From Azolla caroliniana (lineage: Eukaryota > Plantae > Polypodiophyta), in the NCBI GenBank assembly GCA_043228905.1, contig JBHGNT010000015.1:13516001-13580000 (forward strand): a stretch of DNA of 64,000 nucleotides. Direction: 5' to 3'. Positions 1 through 13,240 of the stretch are shown piece after piece. The translations under genes and the position numbers were made by a program. The stretch's first letter is position 1, and the number at the start of each line of letters is the position of its first letter. Under the pieces are notes generated by a model. The model made no database searches. It was not told the DNA's origin and saw only the letters and a program-made list of their open reading frames with translations.

Positions 1-658
1 TGTGATCAAGCCGTGCAAGACTACCGCCCCTAACATTCCCGACGGCTCTGGAAAAGTGCAGTGAATGTGAGCTTCTCCTAAGGGAAGAGCCCCATGTATC
101 CTTCACCCCGATTTTGCCAATTAGGAAAGCCCATGAATCCAGCTCTGCACCATAAATAGGCCTCTGGGTCCCTCCTTTCCTATCTCCCAGGTGTTTAGTC
201 ATGTTGAAATCACCTGCCATTACCCAAGCCTCAGCATCAGGTAATGTTGTCACTAACATCCTCCAAAAGATTGCTCTCTCGGGGGCTGAGTTAGGGGCAT
301 AAATGTTTAGCACCCCAACTTGTAGGTGATTCCATTTCAGAAGCACGTATAAGGCCCGACCCTCCACCAACGTGCTAGATGATGTTACTTCGTATCGGGC
401 CTTATCGCTGATCGAGATGCAGACCCCTCCTCTTTGGTGGAGGTCACCTTGTGCAGCTGACCACCATGTGGTCCACCCACCCGACAAGGGGTTTACTAAG
501 CTCTGAGTTTGCTCTTGCGAGAGGTGGTGTTCCTACAAAAGCAATATGTCAATATGGCCCCCTATATTAAGGGGATTCAGCTCCTCCTGAAGTCTTCGAC
601 ACTCTTGGTGTTGTCGGCCTCCACCAAGGCCCTGTACATTCCACGTTAGGATCCTCAT
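1..658 (-). mobile_element. L1-type LINE ORF2 5' part (APE endonuclease), degenerate, runs off window start
   Basis: Minus strand from ATG at 658 reads MRILTWNVQGLGG...IDILLL*EHHL and further on VLNIYAPNSAPERAIFW...WVMAGDFNM, the APE endonuclease motifs; contains in-frame stops. Confidence 0.85.
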
Positions 659-2460
659 CCGAAAGCGGTGACGCTGACGCCCATGTTCGGGCCGATCCCC
701 ATGTTAAGGGGCAACCTAACACCTATTTTGGGGGGTATGGTCTCCACAGCAGGCTGCAAATCCCCTATGGGATTCTCAGCCGGTCGTTCACAAAAATTGG
801 GCCATGCAATTAAAAACCCTACATCAACATAAAAGGACAATATCCAATTGATGTATTCTTACAACTTTTATAAGCAAACTCCAAAATAGGAAGATATTAT
901 TGCATTTGGTAGGCTTCTCGGAGACATATACTTGAAGAATATCCTTAATGATTTGATTAACTCATTCTGTTTGTCAATAAGATTGAGGGTGGTATGTGAA
1001 ACTCATGCTCAAAGTAGTTTCTCGTTTCTTAAAGATTTGCGTAACTTAAAAAATTGCAAGTAAACTTAGTATCTCTATCACTCACTATATCTTTCAAGAA
1101 ATCTAGATGATGACGATGAGATCAAATTACAAATCCAATAAGAGATTATAGAGTTGGAGAGACAAAAGTTAATTAAGGACAAACAAGAAATCAACATGGG
1201 TATAAGCAAATTCAAAAGAAATGCCCATAGACGAGATGAGTTCATGAGGGGGGCTAATATATACAACCTTAGAAGGTAAATTGCATGCATATTTTAAATT
1301 CAATATTTACATTATAATATTTGGATATGCAATAGGAGTGTGGGGAGGGCGGTCTCTAGTGAAAGCAACATTTAGGGGTGTGATTTCTCGAAGACTCATT
1401 TTAATATTAATGCTAAATGATATATTATTAATAATCTAAATATTAACTATATACAAATTAATTATAGTGAAGAATATAAAAGATTGTACCTCCAACAATA
1501 CTATGTATCCTGAAAGAGAAACATGATCTCCTTTAAGACCATCTTTATTTGCCATCTTGTCCCAAACTCTTACGAATATCATCTTGATCCCTACATTACG
1601 AAACTAGGATGTACTAATTGTAGGCCTAATATTGTAACATTGATAATATGTCACAAACTTGTAAACTTATTTCCAATAGGTCTCCATTGGAGGGAGATAT
1701 GACTCTGCGATGTCACATTACCTCTTTTTGGAACCACCTACTTCCTAGATGAATCAAGTCAAGGTTCTCATCGAGGATACATGGTGTGTCTTTTTGAGGA
1801 TGACCTTGTGGATCCATGTCCATCGATCCACATAGAAGGTTTGAGGCCATGTTGGAAGTTAGTTCGCTATGAATTTTGAGACATCTTTGGTACATCCTAT
1901 TCAAAGGAAAAAGGAAAAATTTGGAAAAATTTGTAAATGTTATCTAGAATATACCTAAAGTAGAGAAATACATACCTTTCACCACTGTGATTTGCTTGAG
2001 TTGGTATGGAGGAATTGTTAACTTGAACCCCTTTTCATTTGACAACATGTAACTACTATTAGGAATTAATATGTGAACCAAGTAAGCTGAGATTGTGATA
2101 AACAATGCACTTACCTAGAATGTGTGAACTGCAACTCATGGTCAAGAAAGATATCATGTTCGAAAGTTGATTTTGTAAACCTTGCTTACAAGTGTTCTTA
2201 GTAACAGTGGGTGTGGATGTGTAAGTACTAGTCTAAATTGTTGGTGATGCACGTGTTGGCGTTGTCATGGTCAATGCCGACTCAAAAAAATGAAGAGTGC
2301 TTATTTGTAATTGATTTAAACATTTATGGCATTCATCTTCTCTTTATGCTCATCTTTTGAAAGCCTCAATCCTGAGTAGATTCCTTAACATGAAGAGGTG
2401 TGTTGGAATGGTTTTGATAAATAATCAAAAGGCTCAATTTTTACCTAAAACACATATCAA

Positions 2461-2810
2461 GATGTATGTATGTGTGTATAAATTAATGATCGTATGGATG
2501 TGTATATATTGAATGAATGGCTGTATGAATGAATGTACATATGCATGCATGCATGAATGTGTGTGTGTATCCAAATGTGTATAAATATATGAATTCATGT
2601 ATATGTATGCAAGTATGTATATGGGTATGAAGGCGATTTAATGAATGTGGGAATCTATGTTTGAGTGTATGAATTTATATATGTATGTGTGCTTGAATTT
2701 GTGTGTAAATGTTTGTATCGTGAATGTATGCATATGTTTGATTGAATGAATGTGTGAGAGTGTATAAATGTATGATTGAATGAATGTAGAAATGTAGAAA
2801 TGTATGTGTA
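2461..2810. repeat. Low-complexity (ATGT/GAAT/GT)n tract
   Basis: Degenerate atgt/gaat/gtgt repeats seen directly. Confidence 0.8.
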
Positions 2811-2959
2811 GCTTGTCTCTAATAGCTACCAAATCATTAAGAGGCTTGGTGAGGGAATCACCGCCATGAATGATGTAGGGTGCGGTGCGTAGGCGAGGGT
2901 GCGTGCAATCTGCATTGTCCGATGTAGATAAAAAAAAGCGTCCACTCAAAAAAGTTGAT

Positions 2960-5900
2960 AGCTTGCCACTAGGAGCTCGATTCTCTGACAGGCTTTGTCA
3001 CCAAGAGCCTGATTGACTTAGGGCAAGAGCCCAACTGAAATCACTAGCTCGACAGACTTAGGAAGGAGCCCGATTCAAATCAAGACCCCAACTCAAAAAT
3101 AGACATAAAAAATTCTAAGTGAAACCAAAATTTGCCATCAAAATCTTACACTAAAATCCCTCTAAAAAATCTAAAACTTCCAATTACACAAAACTTAAAA
3201 CTTAATTTAAGCGTCAAATAACAAATCAAACTTAAAACTTAAAGCTTCAAATAACAAATCAACTTTATACTTAAAGCTTTAATTTACACTTACGTTAAAG
3301 CTTAAAACTTCAAATTACACAAATTCTCTATGCCAAAATGGTTCTAACATTACAAGATATGTAGTTTTGAGTTCGGAGAACAAAAATGTCCAAATTCCAA
3401 GTCAAAAAACCTAAAGATGAAATTCTAACATCACAAGATATGTAGTTTTGAGTTCGGAGAACAAAAAGTCCAAATTCTAACACATGTAAGCAGAGATTAT
3501 GGCTGTGGGGATGATGGCAAAATAGAGCCACAAAATTTGCAACATGTAACATTCGAATCTCTTGAAGTCAAGGTCAAGCCGTCACAATGCAGATACCGAA
3601 CCTTCTCAGTTTCACATATCGGCAATCGCCTCCAACCCCGACTTGCACCTCTTTGTAGTTTTCTAGTGTGGGATTGGGAAGTGTCTTGCGAGATGTCGAG
3701 TGTTGCTCCTCTTTTTGCACTAATTTGTTGCTTTTGACTTATGGATCTACCACCTTCTTCATTGGTGGATTTTGGTGCACCAACACGATAGACCGTCTTA
3801 GTTAGATCTTCCAATGTCTGTATACATTTCAAAATAGTTGCACAATCAAAGGATCCTCACCCTTGCTTGAGGCATTGAATAGCTTACTTGGCCATGTGTA
3901 TTTTGGACTTCCATGATTCCATCTCATTTGATGTAGGGTTTGTCTCCCTGACTGGTTCGACCTCTTTCTCCACTTCTATTTCTATGATATGACCCATTCA
4001 CATTTGGGCCATGTGAGCTATAAAAGGCAATGACCCACATAGGTGTAGCATGCACCTCTTAATAAATGCATACACTTACTCGCAAGGAATTGGAAATCAC
4101 AATATGAGCATTGGAGTGAGACATATACTATAGTGTGGGAGATGTCAAGCTCAATATTCTAAACCAATTGAGCCAAACATTGGGCTTGTCCGCATATTTT
4201 ACCTTTAACTCCTCACACATTGCATTGAATGCGGCTTCCGTAATGCTTTGCTTGAGTTACCACATCCATTGATAAAGATGGTTTCTCTCAAGCGCACTTA
4301 CTTTTGGTAACAAGTTGTCCACCCATGATTTTTGGGTGTGGAACTAACACAACAAAGGCCGACAATGTGTTTGCGCCCGTTGCGCATTTGCAATAATCCA
4401 AGATTGATGGTCTATTGTAACCATATTACCTATGCCATTATATGATGTCCAATATTTATTGATCACTATCACATTTGGCCTCACCTTGGGCATCCTTGGG
4501 AATATGACTCTCAAGCAACTTTCTTATGTGACTTGCTCATGGTTTGACCCCTTATTAGAACTACATTTAATCATGTACCATAACAGGATCCTAATTCCCA
4601 TGGCTTTGGGGCAACAACTATATATAATGGCAACCCGAATTGGTTTGTTTTAACTGTGGAGTCAATTGTCCAAGAGTTGTGTAGTGACAATTTCTCACAC
4701 ATTTCTAACATCGATTGATCTTGAAGCCCCAAGATAAGTGGTTGCATGGTTGGAGTTTTGGAGGAATCATGCAAGTAGGGTTGGACATGAGCCACCTTTC
4801 GAAGATCCCGGATTGCATATGCATCTTGCATAATCAAAGACCAATCAACATTTGACATAACACTCTTGATTTTTAAGCTAGGACCTCCTTTGGTATCATA
4901 AAGAACCTATAACTACCAAGTTCTAATGGACTAACGTTGAACTTACGATATGCTTTCTTACTCATGCTGATACATGCCACATGCCAAGCACACACAACAT
5001 CAAATAGGTCATCTTTGCAACATCTTATGACATTTGGGTGTGCCGGCAAATGGTACACATCCTGTCTACTACCTGGAACATGACCAGTATGAGGTCCATT
5101 TATTGAAATGGTCATGGACCCATAGTCAACTCCGTTGTTTATTCTAACTTTGATATGGAAGCTACACTCACATCTCAATGAACCCCTTCGCCAATGAGTG
5201 GAAGGATGAACACGTCGAGGCGCACCAGCACGATGACAGTTATACCTAGTCATGCACACACCCTTTTGTACTCCTTTCCGAAAGCATGTGTGATACTTTC
5301 TTTGAACATCCGTGAGTGCATCATGTAACTTAAGGAATTCTATCTTGATCACTTCTATGGGAGTGTTATATTTGACGACGCTCATTCCCACCATGTCGGT
5401 TGGTGTTGCCTTTGACACCATTTGGCAACCACAATGTTCACTAGTGATGCTATGATCACGAAGATCACAAGTCCTATGTCTCTTTAACACTTTTAGAGTC
5501 TTTGTCAATGGGTGATGGGAGGTGCTACCATGTGATGCCAATACCACCTCCCTCCAGTTCTCTACGTATATGACTTGTAGATTAGGTGATGCCTTAAGAT
5601 AGATTGCATTCTCATTCCCTAGCTTGAGTCGACTCTTCGTGCGCCTCCATGCATGGAGATTGAGAGGTGCACCTCTTGCGACATCACTTAATGTTTCTAA
5701 TGTTACCTTAACTTGTCTCGATAAATCTTCAACCCTCAAATCATACGTACCTCTTGTGAATGCAAAATACCTGGGGGAACAATACATGAAAGGATCCATC
5801 GCATTTTCTTCACATTCGGATACAAACGACTCAATGGTCATCTCCAATTCATCCTCAAATGTAAATGATGTTGTGGACTATGATGATGTATCCTCCAACT

Positions 5901-6250
5901 CATCTTCTTCCGTCATGGCAAAGAGTTCCATGATGCATTGTGATTGAATTTGGGTGTGATCGATCAGAAGTAATCTTAGCCCAATCCATTTGGGTGTGAT
6001 AGGAATAAATTATTTCCTTTGATTAGGGTGTGTGATTGAATTATGTGGAAAATAGACGTTAGTATGATCGATTATTTTCTGTGACTATTGTGTGTGATTG
6101 AATTTTGTGTTAGTAATCTTCTTAGTATGAGCATCATTTTCTGTGATTATTTCCAGTGGAAAATGGAAGTTAGTATGATCATTGCCAAGCAATCATTACT
6201 GGTGGTTGGGCTCTTACATGCTCAACGAGTCGGGCTCCTGCCTTCAGTCA
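2960..6250 (-). mobile_element. Decayed Mutator-like (MULE) transposon with fragmented transposase (about 3497-5847)
   Basis: ORF 4571-4858 has TIDSTVKTNQFGLPLY (MULE DDE first-Asp motif); ORF 4873-5847 has RYNCHRAG...CECSF...HTGH (WRKY/FAR1-like Zn finger); AGGAGCCCGA-like motifs at ~2970-3075 recur inverted at ~6204-6240. Boundaries are approximate. Confidence 0.65.
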
Positions 6251-7299
6251 TGCAGAAGAAATGCGGATATCAAAAGCGAGATTATGAACCCCCATTATAT
6301 TTTAAATTTTCCTTAAAAAACATGTCGTTATGCAACATGTCATTTAATGACATGTTCCAATGTGGAAACATTGTTAGGCTCACAAGTTGCTAAACAACAC
6401 ATGCTTTCTGTGTGGGATAGCAACACCGTTTCTAAAATCAAGGCATGTCGCTATGTGACTTGTTTGTAGAAGCGAATGTTTAGCAAGACCATGGCGAACC
6501 TTAACTAGGGAAGATGGATTGTCAATGACATTGTCCTTGAAGGGTGGGGATATTGTGAATATGAGATGGCATCATTGTGCTTCTAACGATCTTTTCCTTC
6601 ATGTTTTGTGCGGGTGCACTTGTAAGCACACTCTTTCTACATGGGATAATGTGCTTGCATTTTATGATTGTGTGTGCTAGAACATTTTGACAAACCTTGT
6701 CTTCTGTTTGCATGAGAAGAGGAATTTGCAATAGTATGTTGGTTTAATTCACTCAATGCACATGTACGCTCCCTCGTGCACGTGGGTATGACTTACTCTC
6801 TCAAGTGTACTTGTAAACATGAGTGTGAGTGATGTCCTTATATGCGTGGTTTGTTGGTATGAGCTCGTTCATATTAATGTGTATCATGTGTGGAGCGAGT
6901 GGTGTATTTGTATTTGCATTTATGTGCAAGTGTGTGTTTTGGGTACATGTGCTTGTGTTTTTTATATAACTGTCAGGTGTGAAAAAGAAAGGAAAGCTCA
7001 CCGCGATGTTTACAATGTGGATGGGTTGGGTGGGGGATCTCTTCCGTACAAGCAAGGTATTATCACCAAGACATTGAGGCATCTTGCTTTTGCTTTTTGA
7101 TTTTGTGCTTGCTTTTGTGGGGTTGCTTTTACAGTACTTCATGTACAATGTGGGCAAGCAATGATTGCACGTGAAGAAAAGAACAAAGAGGGGCAAGACA
7201 AGGCAAAGAAAGGCCAAGGCCACATTGTGTGATCCATTTAAACAACTTCCGGAACTTGGGGAGGATCTTGATGAATGGGATCGCCCCGGCGCAAGAAGG

Positions 7300-8745
7300 A
7301 TGGATGTGGTGTCGATGGCCATGTACTGGATGGGCATGTATGCCCTTCTCGAGAGGCTTCTCCCGCCGCCCCTACGCCAATGGGTCGATGACAAAATGCA
7401 AGCATTCTGGGATTGGCTACTCCATCGCAACAAACCTTCGAATGTCGTCACTCTTAGGGTTCCGGAGAGATTTGAGGGCTATACCACAAACCACTTGTAC
7501 CGCCACTCATTGGCGTATGTGGGTGCCCTTGACAAGGCCCTACACAAACACAACTGCCTCGATGTCATGCGGGAGGACGAAGAAGGCCAGATCGGGTTTC
7601 GGCTCCCGGTCGGGGAGCTCCTCCATGACACCTTCCGCGGGGTCGACGTGCAGTGGCGGAGGCAAAGGGATAATAAAGAGGAGAATGAGTCTGGTGATAG
7701 CGAGGCGTATTTCACGCTCGAGTTCCCGCAGTCGGCCAGGTCGGCAGTGGTGCCCGACTACCTGGAACATGTCACGCGGACCGCCATGGACATCCAACGC
7801 CGCAACACGCAGCTCGACATCTACAAAAACTCAGCCTGCGGGCATTGGGAATCTACTCCCTTCCATCACCCTTCCACCTTCAGCAGCCTCGCCCTCGACC
7901 CTCACCTCCGTGGCCAGCTCCTAGATGATCTCGATGCCTTCTGCCGGAGCCGGGAGCTGTACCATCGGCTCGGGCGTACATGGAAGCGGGGCTACCTGCT
8001 CCACGGCCCACCTGGCACGGGCAAGACCAGCCTCATCGCTGCGATTGCGAACCACCTCCACTACAATGTCTATGACCTCGAGCTCACGGATGTGACTGAC
8101 AATGCCGAACTCAAGTTGCTCCTCATGAATACCACTCGCAAGTCAATCATCGTCATAGAGGACATTGATTGCTCTTTCAGTCTCACGGACCGGGGGAATG
8201 TTCCGGAAGTCCCCTCGGTCGACCACACCCCCACCCCCACCACCACCACCACCACCACCACCACCCCCACCACATCATCCGATGAAACCCCCATGAACAA
8301 ATCGGATGCCATAGCTTCATCGAAATTGACGCTCTCCGGGCTGCTCAATTTCACGGATGGCTTGTGGTCGGGCTGCGCCGAGGAGAGGATCTTCATCTTC
8401 ACCACCAATTTCAAGGAGAAGCTCGACTCTGCGTTGTTGAGGCCTGGCCGCATGGACGTACATTTTCTCCTCTCCTATTGCAGCTTCGCTGTCGTGAAGA
8501 AGCTCGCAGAGAATTACCTGAACGGAGCCTCGCCCGAGACCCACCCGGATTTGTTCAAGGAGCTCGAGGAAGTGGTGTGTGGGAACCATACCGTCACTCC
8601 GGCTATGGTGGCCGAGATGTTCCTAGGTCATCAAGATGATTATCCAGAGGTTGCACTAGCAGCAGTGATTGAAGCTTTTAAGAAATCCGTGAATGTGAAC
8701 AAGAAGGGCAACAACGCAGCTCCTTTAATCACACTTACAAATTAA
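7300..8745 (+). CDS. Plant BCS1-like AAA-ATPase (AAA_assoc N-domain plus AAA domain), intronless, 481 aa
   Basis: Intact ORF with HPSTFSSLALDP, WKRGYLLHGPPGTGKTS (Walker A), IIVIEDIDC (Walker B), LTLSGLLNFTDGLWS and FTTNFKEKLDSALLRPGRMD. First ATG is at 7300 (the track start at 7165 is a TTG). Confidence 0.93.
   Translation: MDVVSMAMYWMGMYALLERLLPPPLRQWVDDKMQAFWDWLLHRNKPSNVVTLRVPERFEGYTTNHLYRHSLAYVGALDKALHKHNCLDVMREDEEGQIGFRLPVGELLHDTFRGVDVQWRRQRDNKEENESGDSEAYFTLEFPQSARSAVVPDYLEHVTRTAMDIQRRNTQLDIYKNSACGHWESTPFHHPSTFSSLALDPHLRGQLLDDLDAFCRSRELYHRLGRTWKRGYLLHGPPGTGKTSLIAAIANHLHYNVYDLELTDVTDNAELKLLLMNTTRKSIIVIEDIDCSFSLTDRGNVPEVPSVDHTPTPTTTTTTTTTPTTSSDETPMNKSDAIASSKLTLSGLLNFTDGLWSGCAEERIFIFTTNFKEKLDSALLRPGRMDVHFLLSYCSFAVVKKLAENYLNGASPETHPDLFKELEEVVCGNHTVTPAMVAEMFLGHQDDYPEVALAAVIEAFKKSVNVNKKGNNAAPLITLTN
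8239..8272 (+). repeat. (ACC)n microsatellite encoding a poly-Thr insert in the AAA-ATPase
   Basis: caccaccaccaccaccaccacca; PTTTTTTTTTPTT lies in the variable loop after Walker B. Confidence 0.9.
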
Positions 8746-9200
8746 GGAGAAGATGACATCAGGATTTACCTCCCTAAAAAAATACCATCAGATTGGTATA
8801 AGTATTTCTCTTTGCATAAAATTCAGCAAATCCTTGTTTTGGTTGTGCCAACTCCCCAGTAAATGTAATGCAATGTTCATGATTTCTTCTGGTATGTATT
8901 CAATTTGTGGCATTTCTATTTTTCTCCTATCTTTTATCTCCTGCATATCCCATCTTCTTCCTCTTTTGTGACCATGGTCATTATCTTTTGTTTGGAAAAG
9001 GGAAGTTATAGTGCATTCTTGTGAAAAGAGAGAATAACTTTTCCATCCGCCCACAAAGCTTGTAAATGCAAAATAATGAGCAAGAGAGCTCATTGTCTTT
9101 GGGTTCTATATTTTAGGGACTTTATTGCCCATGCTTCCTTTAGAGGAGATTCAATGGGAAAATAGGATATTTTAAAGGCGATTGAATGGGAAAATTGTTA

Positions 9201-9522
9201 TGTTGGCGTCCCTCCCAATGGGAGAAGACGGCCGGAAAGGCTGAAATCAGCAAAAAGGCTGATTAAGGGCCTGAAATCGGCTACTAAGTTGTTCCATTCT
9301 TTGCGTTTTCCCCTTTCTATTGTCTACGTGGTTTCCCTCTACTCTACTCGGCGAAGTTTGTGTCAAGGTTATTGCCTTGAGATTCTAGATATTCCCCTAG
9401 CGATCTAGGAAGGTTGTAACCATCTATACACTTTGTTATACGGAAGTTTTGGCACCCTGAGGGTTCCATGGTTTATCCTTGTTTTAGGGTTTCCATGTAA
9501 AATCTTGTGTCAAAGCAAGGTT
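9201..9522 (+). mobile_element. LTR fragment (Copia-like), cut by the TIR at 9523
   Basis: Starts TGTTGG; contains gggtttccatgtaaaatcttgtgt, a common plant Copia U5-type motif; no matching end found. Confidence 0.5.
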
Positions 9523-9985
9523 AACACCGGGACATTTGAAATAGGTAATATGTCGCATTCTTTGATTCTCATCTTGGTGAGATATTAAAAAATGCTTTAT
9601 TTTACTAGAATTTCAAAGACGTACTACGCATGCATACATGGTTTCTTAAAACATAGTCGAATTTAGATCTAAATAATTTCATGGCAATATGTGAATTCTA
9701 TATCTCTTGCTTTGGTATCCAACTCCAAATTGCAAAACAAAATTCCATGGAGGTTGACTTTCATTAACCGTAATTGTGGAGAATATAAAAATAGTACCCC
9801 ACTTTTGGAAGTGGTACAATGATAAATTTATTGTCTATTTACATATAATATATCACAATGTAATTTATGAAAGTGACAGTTATCTATTGAGTGAAATGAT
9901 ACAATTTGAAATCAACAACCTTGCAACCAATGTCACATGCAACTTCCATGTGTAATATTATAGAACAAATTTAACTATCCAATGG
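9523..9985 (-). mobile_element. Terminus (TIR plus subterminal region) of a second copy of the ParB-MTase transposon
   Basis: AACACCGGGACATTTGAAATAGGTAATATGTCG matches the 33-bp TIR at 51538 with 2 mismatches. Downstream blocks (ttggtatcc, aaccgtaatt, tagtacccca, acaatgtaatt) match the reverse complement of ~58950-59105. Confidence 0.85.
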
Positions 9986-10260
9986 AATGTTGTGGATGTA
10001 GTCAAGGAGATTTGGTTGGCCTTGGTGCATACATTAAAAGGAGAATATGACGCCATCAAGGGTGATTCAGATGTAGTCTTTCGAAAGAAAAAGGTTTTTA
10101 AGAAGAGATGGGAAAGGATGAATGTATTCCACATGGTTAATTGTTGTATACATTGGAGTTATCAACCACCTCTTTGGGCATTTTCTCCACCGATATGAGG
10201 CATGTGGCTATGTATAATTGTTCTTGGTATTGTCTTAGGAGTCTATGAGTAGTTGAAAAG
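9985..10260 (+). mobile_element. LINE ORF2 3'-terminal fragment
   Basis: WNVVDVVKEIWLALVHTLKGEYD...F...W...IHWSYQPPLW resembles plant L1 ORF2 C-termini; it interrupts the transposon terminus. Confidence 0.5.
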
Positions 10261-10539
10261 AAAGAAATAACTGAGATTTTGTGCAATCTCAAGGCTTGGG
10301 CTAAGAAGAAAGACCTTTATGACTTATTTTCTGGTTTGTTGAAAGCACGTGGCAACATGGGAGATATATAGAAAGGGAACAATTTTTTTTGCTTCATCAG
10401 AATGGATGAGTTCATTAAAAGCTGAAAATAATAACATTTTTACACATGGCTTTCAAATGTGGTGCTTTGTACCTAACTCATTAGAGGATATGTAGAGAAT
10501 GGCCAAGATAAAGACTCATAGAATTATGTTCAGCTTATG

Positions 10540-13000
10540 CAAGATTAGGGTATCTTTCTCAATCCTTTAGCTCTGATTTGTATCTTGAAAATAGGTGGAC
10601 ATGCATGTGTTGCTAGCAAAGGCCAAGGAATGGATGTGATGATAACAAAGAAAGGATTACTTGAAATTAATGTGATTGTTGGAACTGTCTTGCTGAATAT
10701 GTATATGAAATGTGCCTTTCTTGCAGAGACAATCAAGACCACGTTGATTTTAAGATAGGTTGAAAACAGGTGTGGGAAAGATGCTTTTATATGGCACTTA
10801 CACTTACGTATGCATTCGGAAGGTATATCTCTGAATGTTGTTTGTGTCTTAGAAAACTTGTGGAAGTTACAAAGACTTACAACTTAGGAAGAACTTGAGT
10901 TTGTTGATTACACAAGGACATTTATCTGGACATTCCAAGAGATGTTTAATATTTTCATCTCATATTTGATAAAGCCATATGTTATCGTGATCCTTTGTGG
11001 AAATGATGCACACTTGACAGTGCTTGTTGAGAAATTTACCTTGAATGTCAGTTTGAAGCATGAAGGAATCTTGTGTGAAAGAACGCTTGTGAAGCTGTTC
11101 GAGTTGAGGTCTCATGTTGGTGCTGAATCGGATTTTTATTCTCATCTATCTGTTTTTCCTTCTTGTAAGATTTGAAAAATGATGATGGTGTAGGAATCAT
11201 ACAACAACAATGGGAGGACAGAGAAAGCAAGAGAAGAAATCCAAAATCATTCAGGCTTCAGCTAGATATAGAGAATGAAAATATGATTGAGAGTGAGAAT
11301 AATGTAGCTGAAGATCAGTTCTCTAGTATTATTAGTGGAAGAAGCTTAAAGAAAAGGAAGCATTGCTATAGTGGTGGGAGAGCACCTAAGAAAAGGCGAC
11401 TATCACTCTTGAATTTAATTGCTAGGAAAAATCTAGAAACATTATCTACTCCCAATAGAAATGTGGAAACAATATCTAATGTTTCCTCTCCTGAAGCTTT
11501 TAGAAAAAGGGGGAGAAAATATGAGGTAGAAAACTTATTTCACAGTATGCTTCCTCTTTAGGAAGCATGTGATGATGTATGTGAAGAGGTAGTAGGAGGA
11601 TGGGACTAGGCAATCTATGAGCAAGACCAAGTGATATATTCATCATCATGTGATAATATAGAAAATAGGAGAGCTACAAAAATGCCTAATGAAAAGCAAT
11701 ATAGATGGAACTTGAACGGAGTTGAAGCCTCTAATAGATGTTTAAGGGATTGCAAATCATCAACAAAGACAATTACATGGAGAGATTCAAGAACATACAT
11801 GAGTGGGTTGTTGAATGGAGAAATGATCGGTATTATAAATATTCTTGGTGAGAAAGTCCTCGATTTGTTAAACCACCATGGAGAAGTGACTTCATTTGAA
11901 GCATTCAAGTTTATCATGAAGAATCAACACAACACAATTGTGACACTTGTCAAGTTGATCGAAGCACAATAAATGTTTCTAAAATTAAAGCATGTGACAA
12001 GGTACAACCATAAATTGAAGATATTGAGTGGACAATATGCAATTGAGGCAAAGTTTATAGAATTCATGTGTCACATAAGTTGTACATGAAAGTTTTTTAC
12101 ACATCAGTTCATCTTTAAGGATAGATCTGATTCACGAGCTCTTCACTTGGCAGCTTTTCAACATCTTAAAATCTATAGAGCTATGCAGAGGTGATAGATT
12201 TGAAGAGAGGTTTGTGTGGTGTGCATCTGCCCAAGAATTTGTAAATATTGAATTGTTACTTATGGCGAGCATCAAGTCATTACCTTTGACTTACCATAGA
12301 TCTCAAAGACGTTGGCAAAGCAGAACCCTGAATGAACTTAGAGTTGTTTTATGTCAAAAGAAACAATGGCAACATGGCTTATCTAGAATTTTGCCTTTCG
12401 AGCAGTAGAAAAATGATAAGAAGTGAAATATGAAAACAGGGTTTGGATCATGATATTGTAATCACTAATATGCTAAATGATATGTATGCAGAATTTCATT
12501 TCTTCTTATGAGATGCCAAATGGAGTCATTGAAATAGGTGGGGGGAGGATGCTCTTACGTATGCATTCGGAAGAATTCCATATCTTCTTATGTGATGGAT
12601 GGAGTCATTGTTCTTCAAATCTTGCATATAAGATGTGATTTTCATGGTCGAACACATCTGATTTAAAAGAAAGGAAAAGAAATCCATATTGCCATCGCTC
12701 ATCTAGGTATCAACTTGGGTATGCTCATTAGAAGCACTGTTAATATGTATGCAACATGTGGAGGTTTATCAGATGCATGTAAACTGTTTGATGGGCTGAG
12801 ATCCCTCAAGGTGGGTGTTGATCACATGGCTTTACATAAAGGCATGTTCATACATGCTAGAATAATGGATTGAGGCATACAAAATGACCTCTATACCATA
12901 ATGCTTTGCTTGAGTTTTACGTTGAATATGGAAAATAGAGGATGCTTGGTCATTGTACATGTGGTGGTATATTGGATGCATGTAAAGTTTGTTAAGGATT
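10540..13000 (+). pseudogene. Degenerate PPR (PLS-class) gene fragments
   Basis: Fragments translate as GLLEINVIVGTVLLNMYMKCAFLAE (~10655), STVNMYATCGGLSDACKLFDGL (~12735) and NALLEFYVEYGK (~12900); no continuous ORF. Confidence 0.65.
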
Positions 13001-13240
13001 AGATGGCCCAAAGGTGGTATCTAGATATCTTGAATATGAACATGATGAGGAAGATTGATTTGCTTTGAGCATATGCAAATTCATGATATGTTTCAACTAT
13101 TAAGGAAGTGCTCAATCAAGTGTATCAAACGAAGGATTCATGGCTAGCCATTGTCTTACAGAAGACGGGTTGGGGAAGGATAATCACTTTCTTTCCATCA
13201 ATTTGTATTTTGTAGCTGATATGCTTTTTAAAACTAATGG

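Noticed and set aside
850-2460. Possible gene remnant
   Set aside because: Only short stop-riddled frames with no recognisable motif.
7165-7299. N-terminal extension of the AAA-ATPase
   Set aside because: Starts at TTG; family-like sequence begins at the ATG at 7300.
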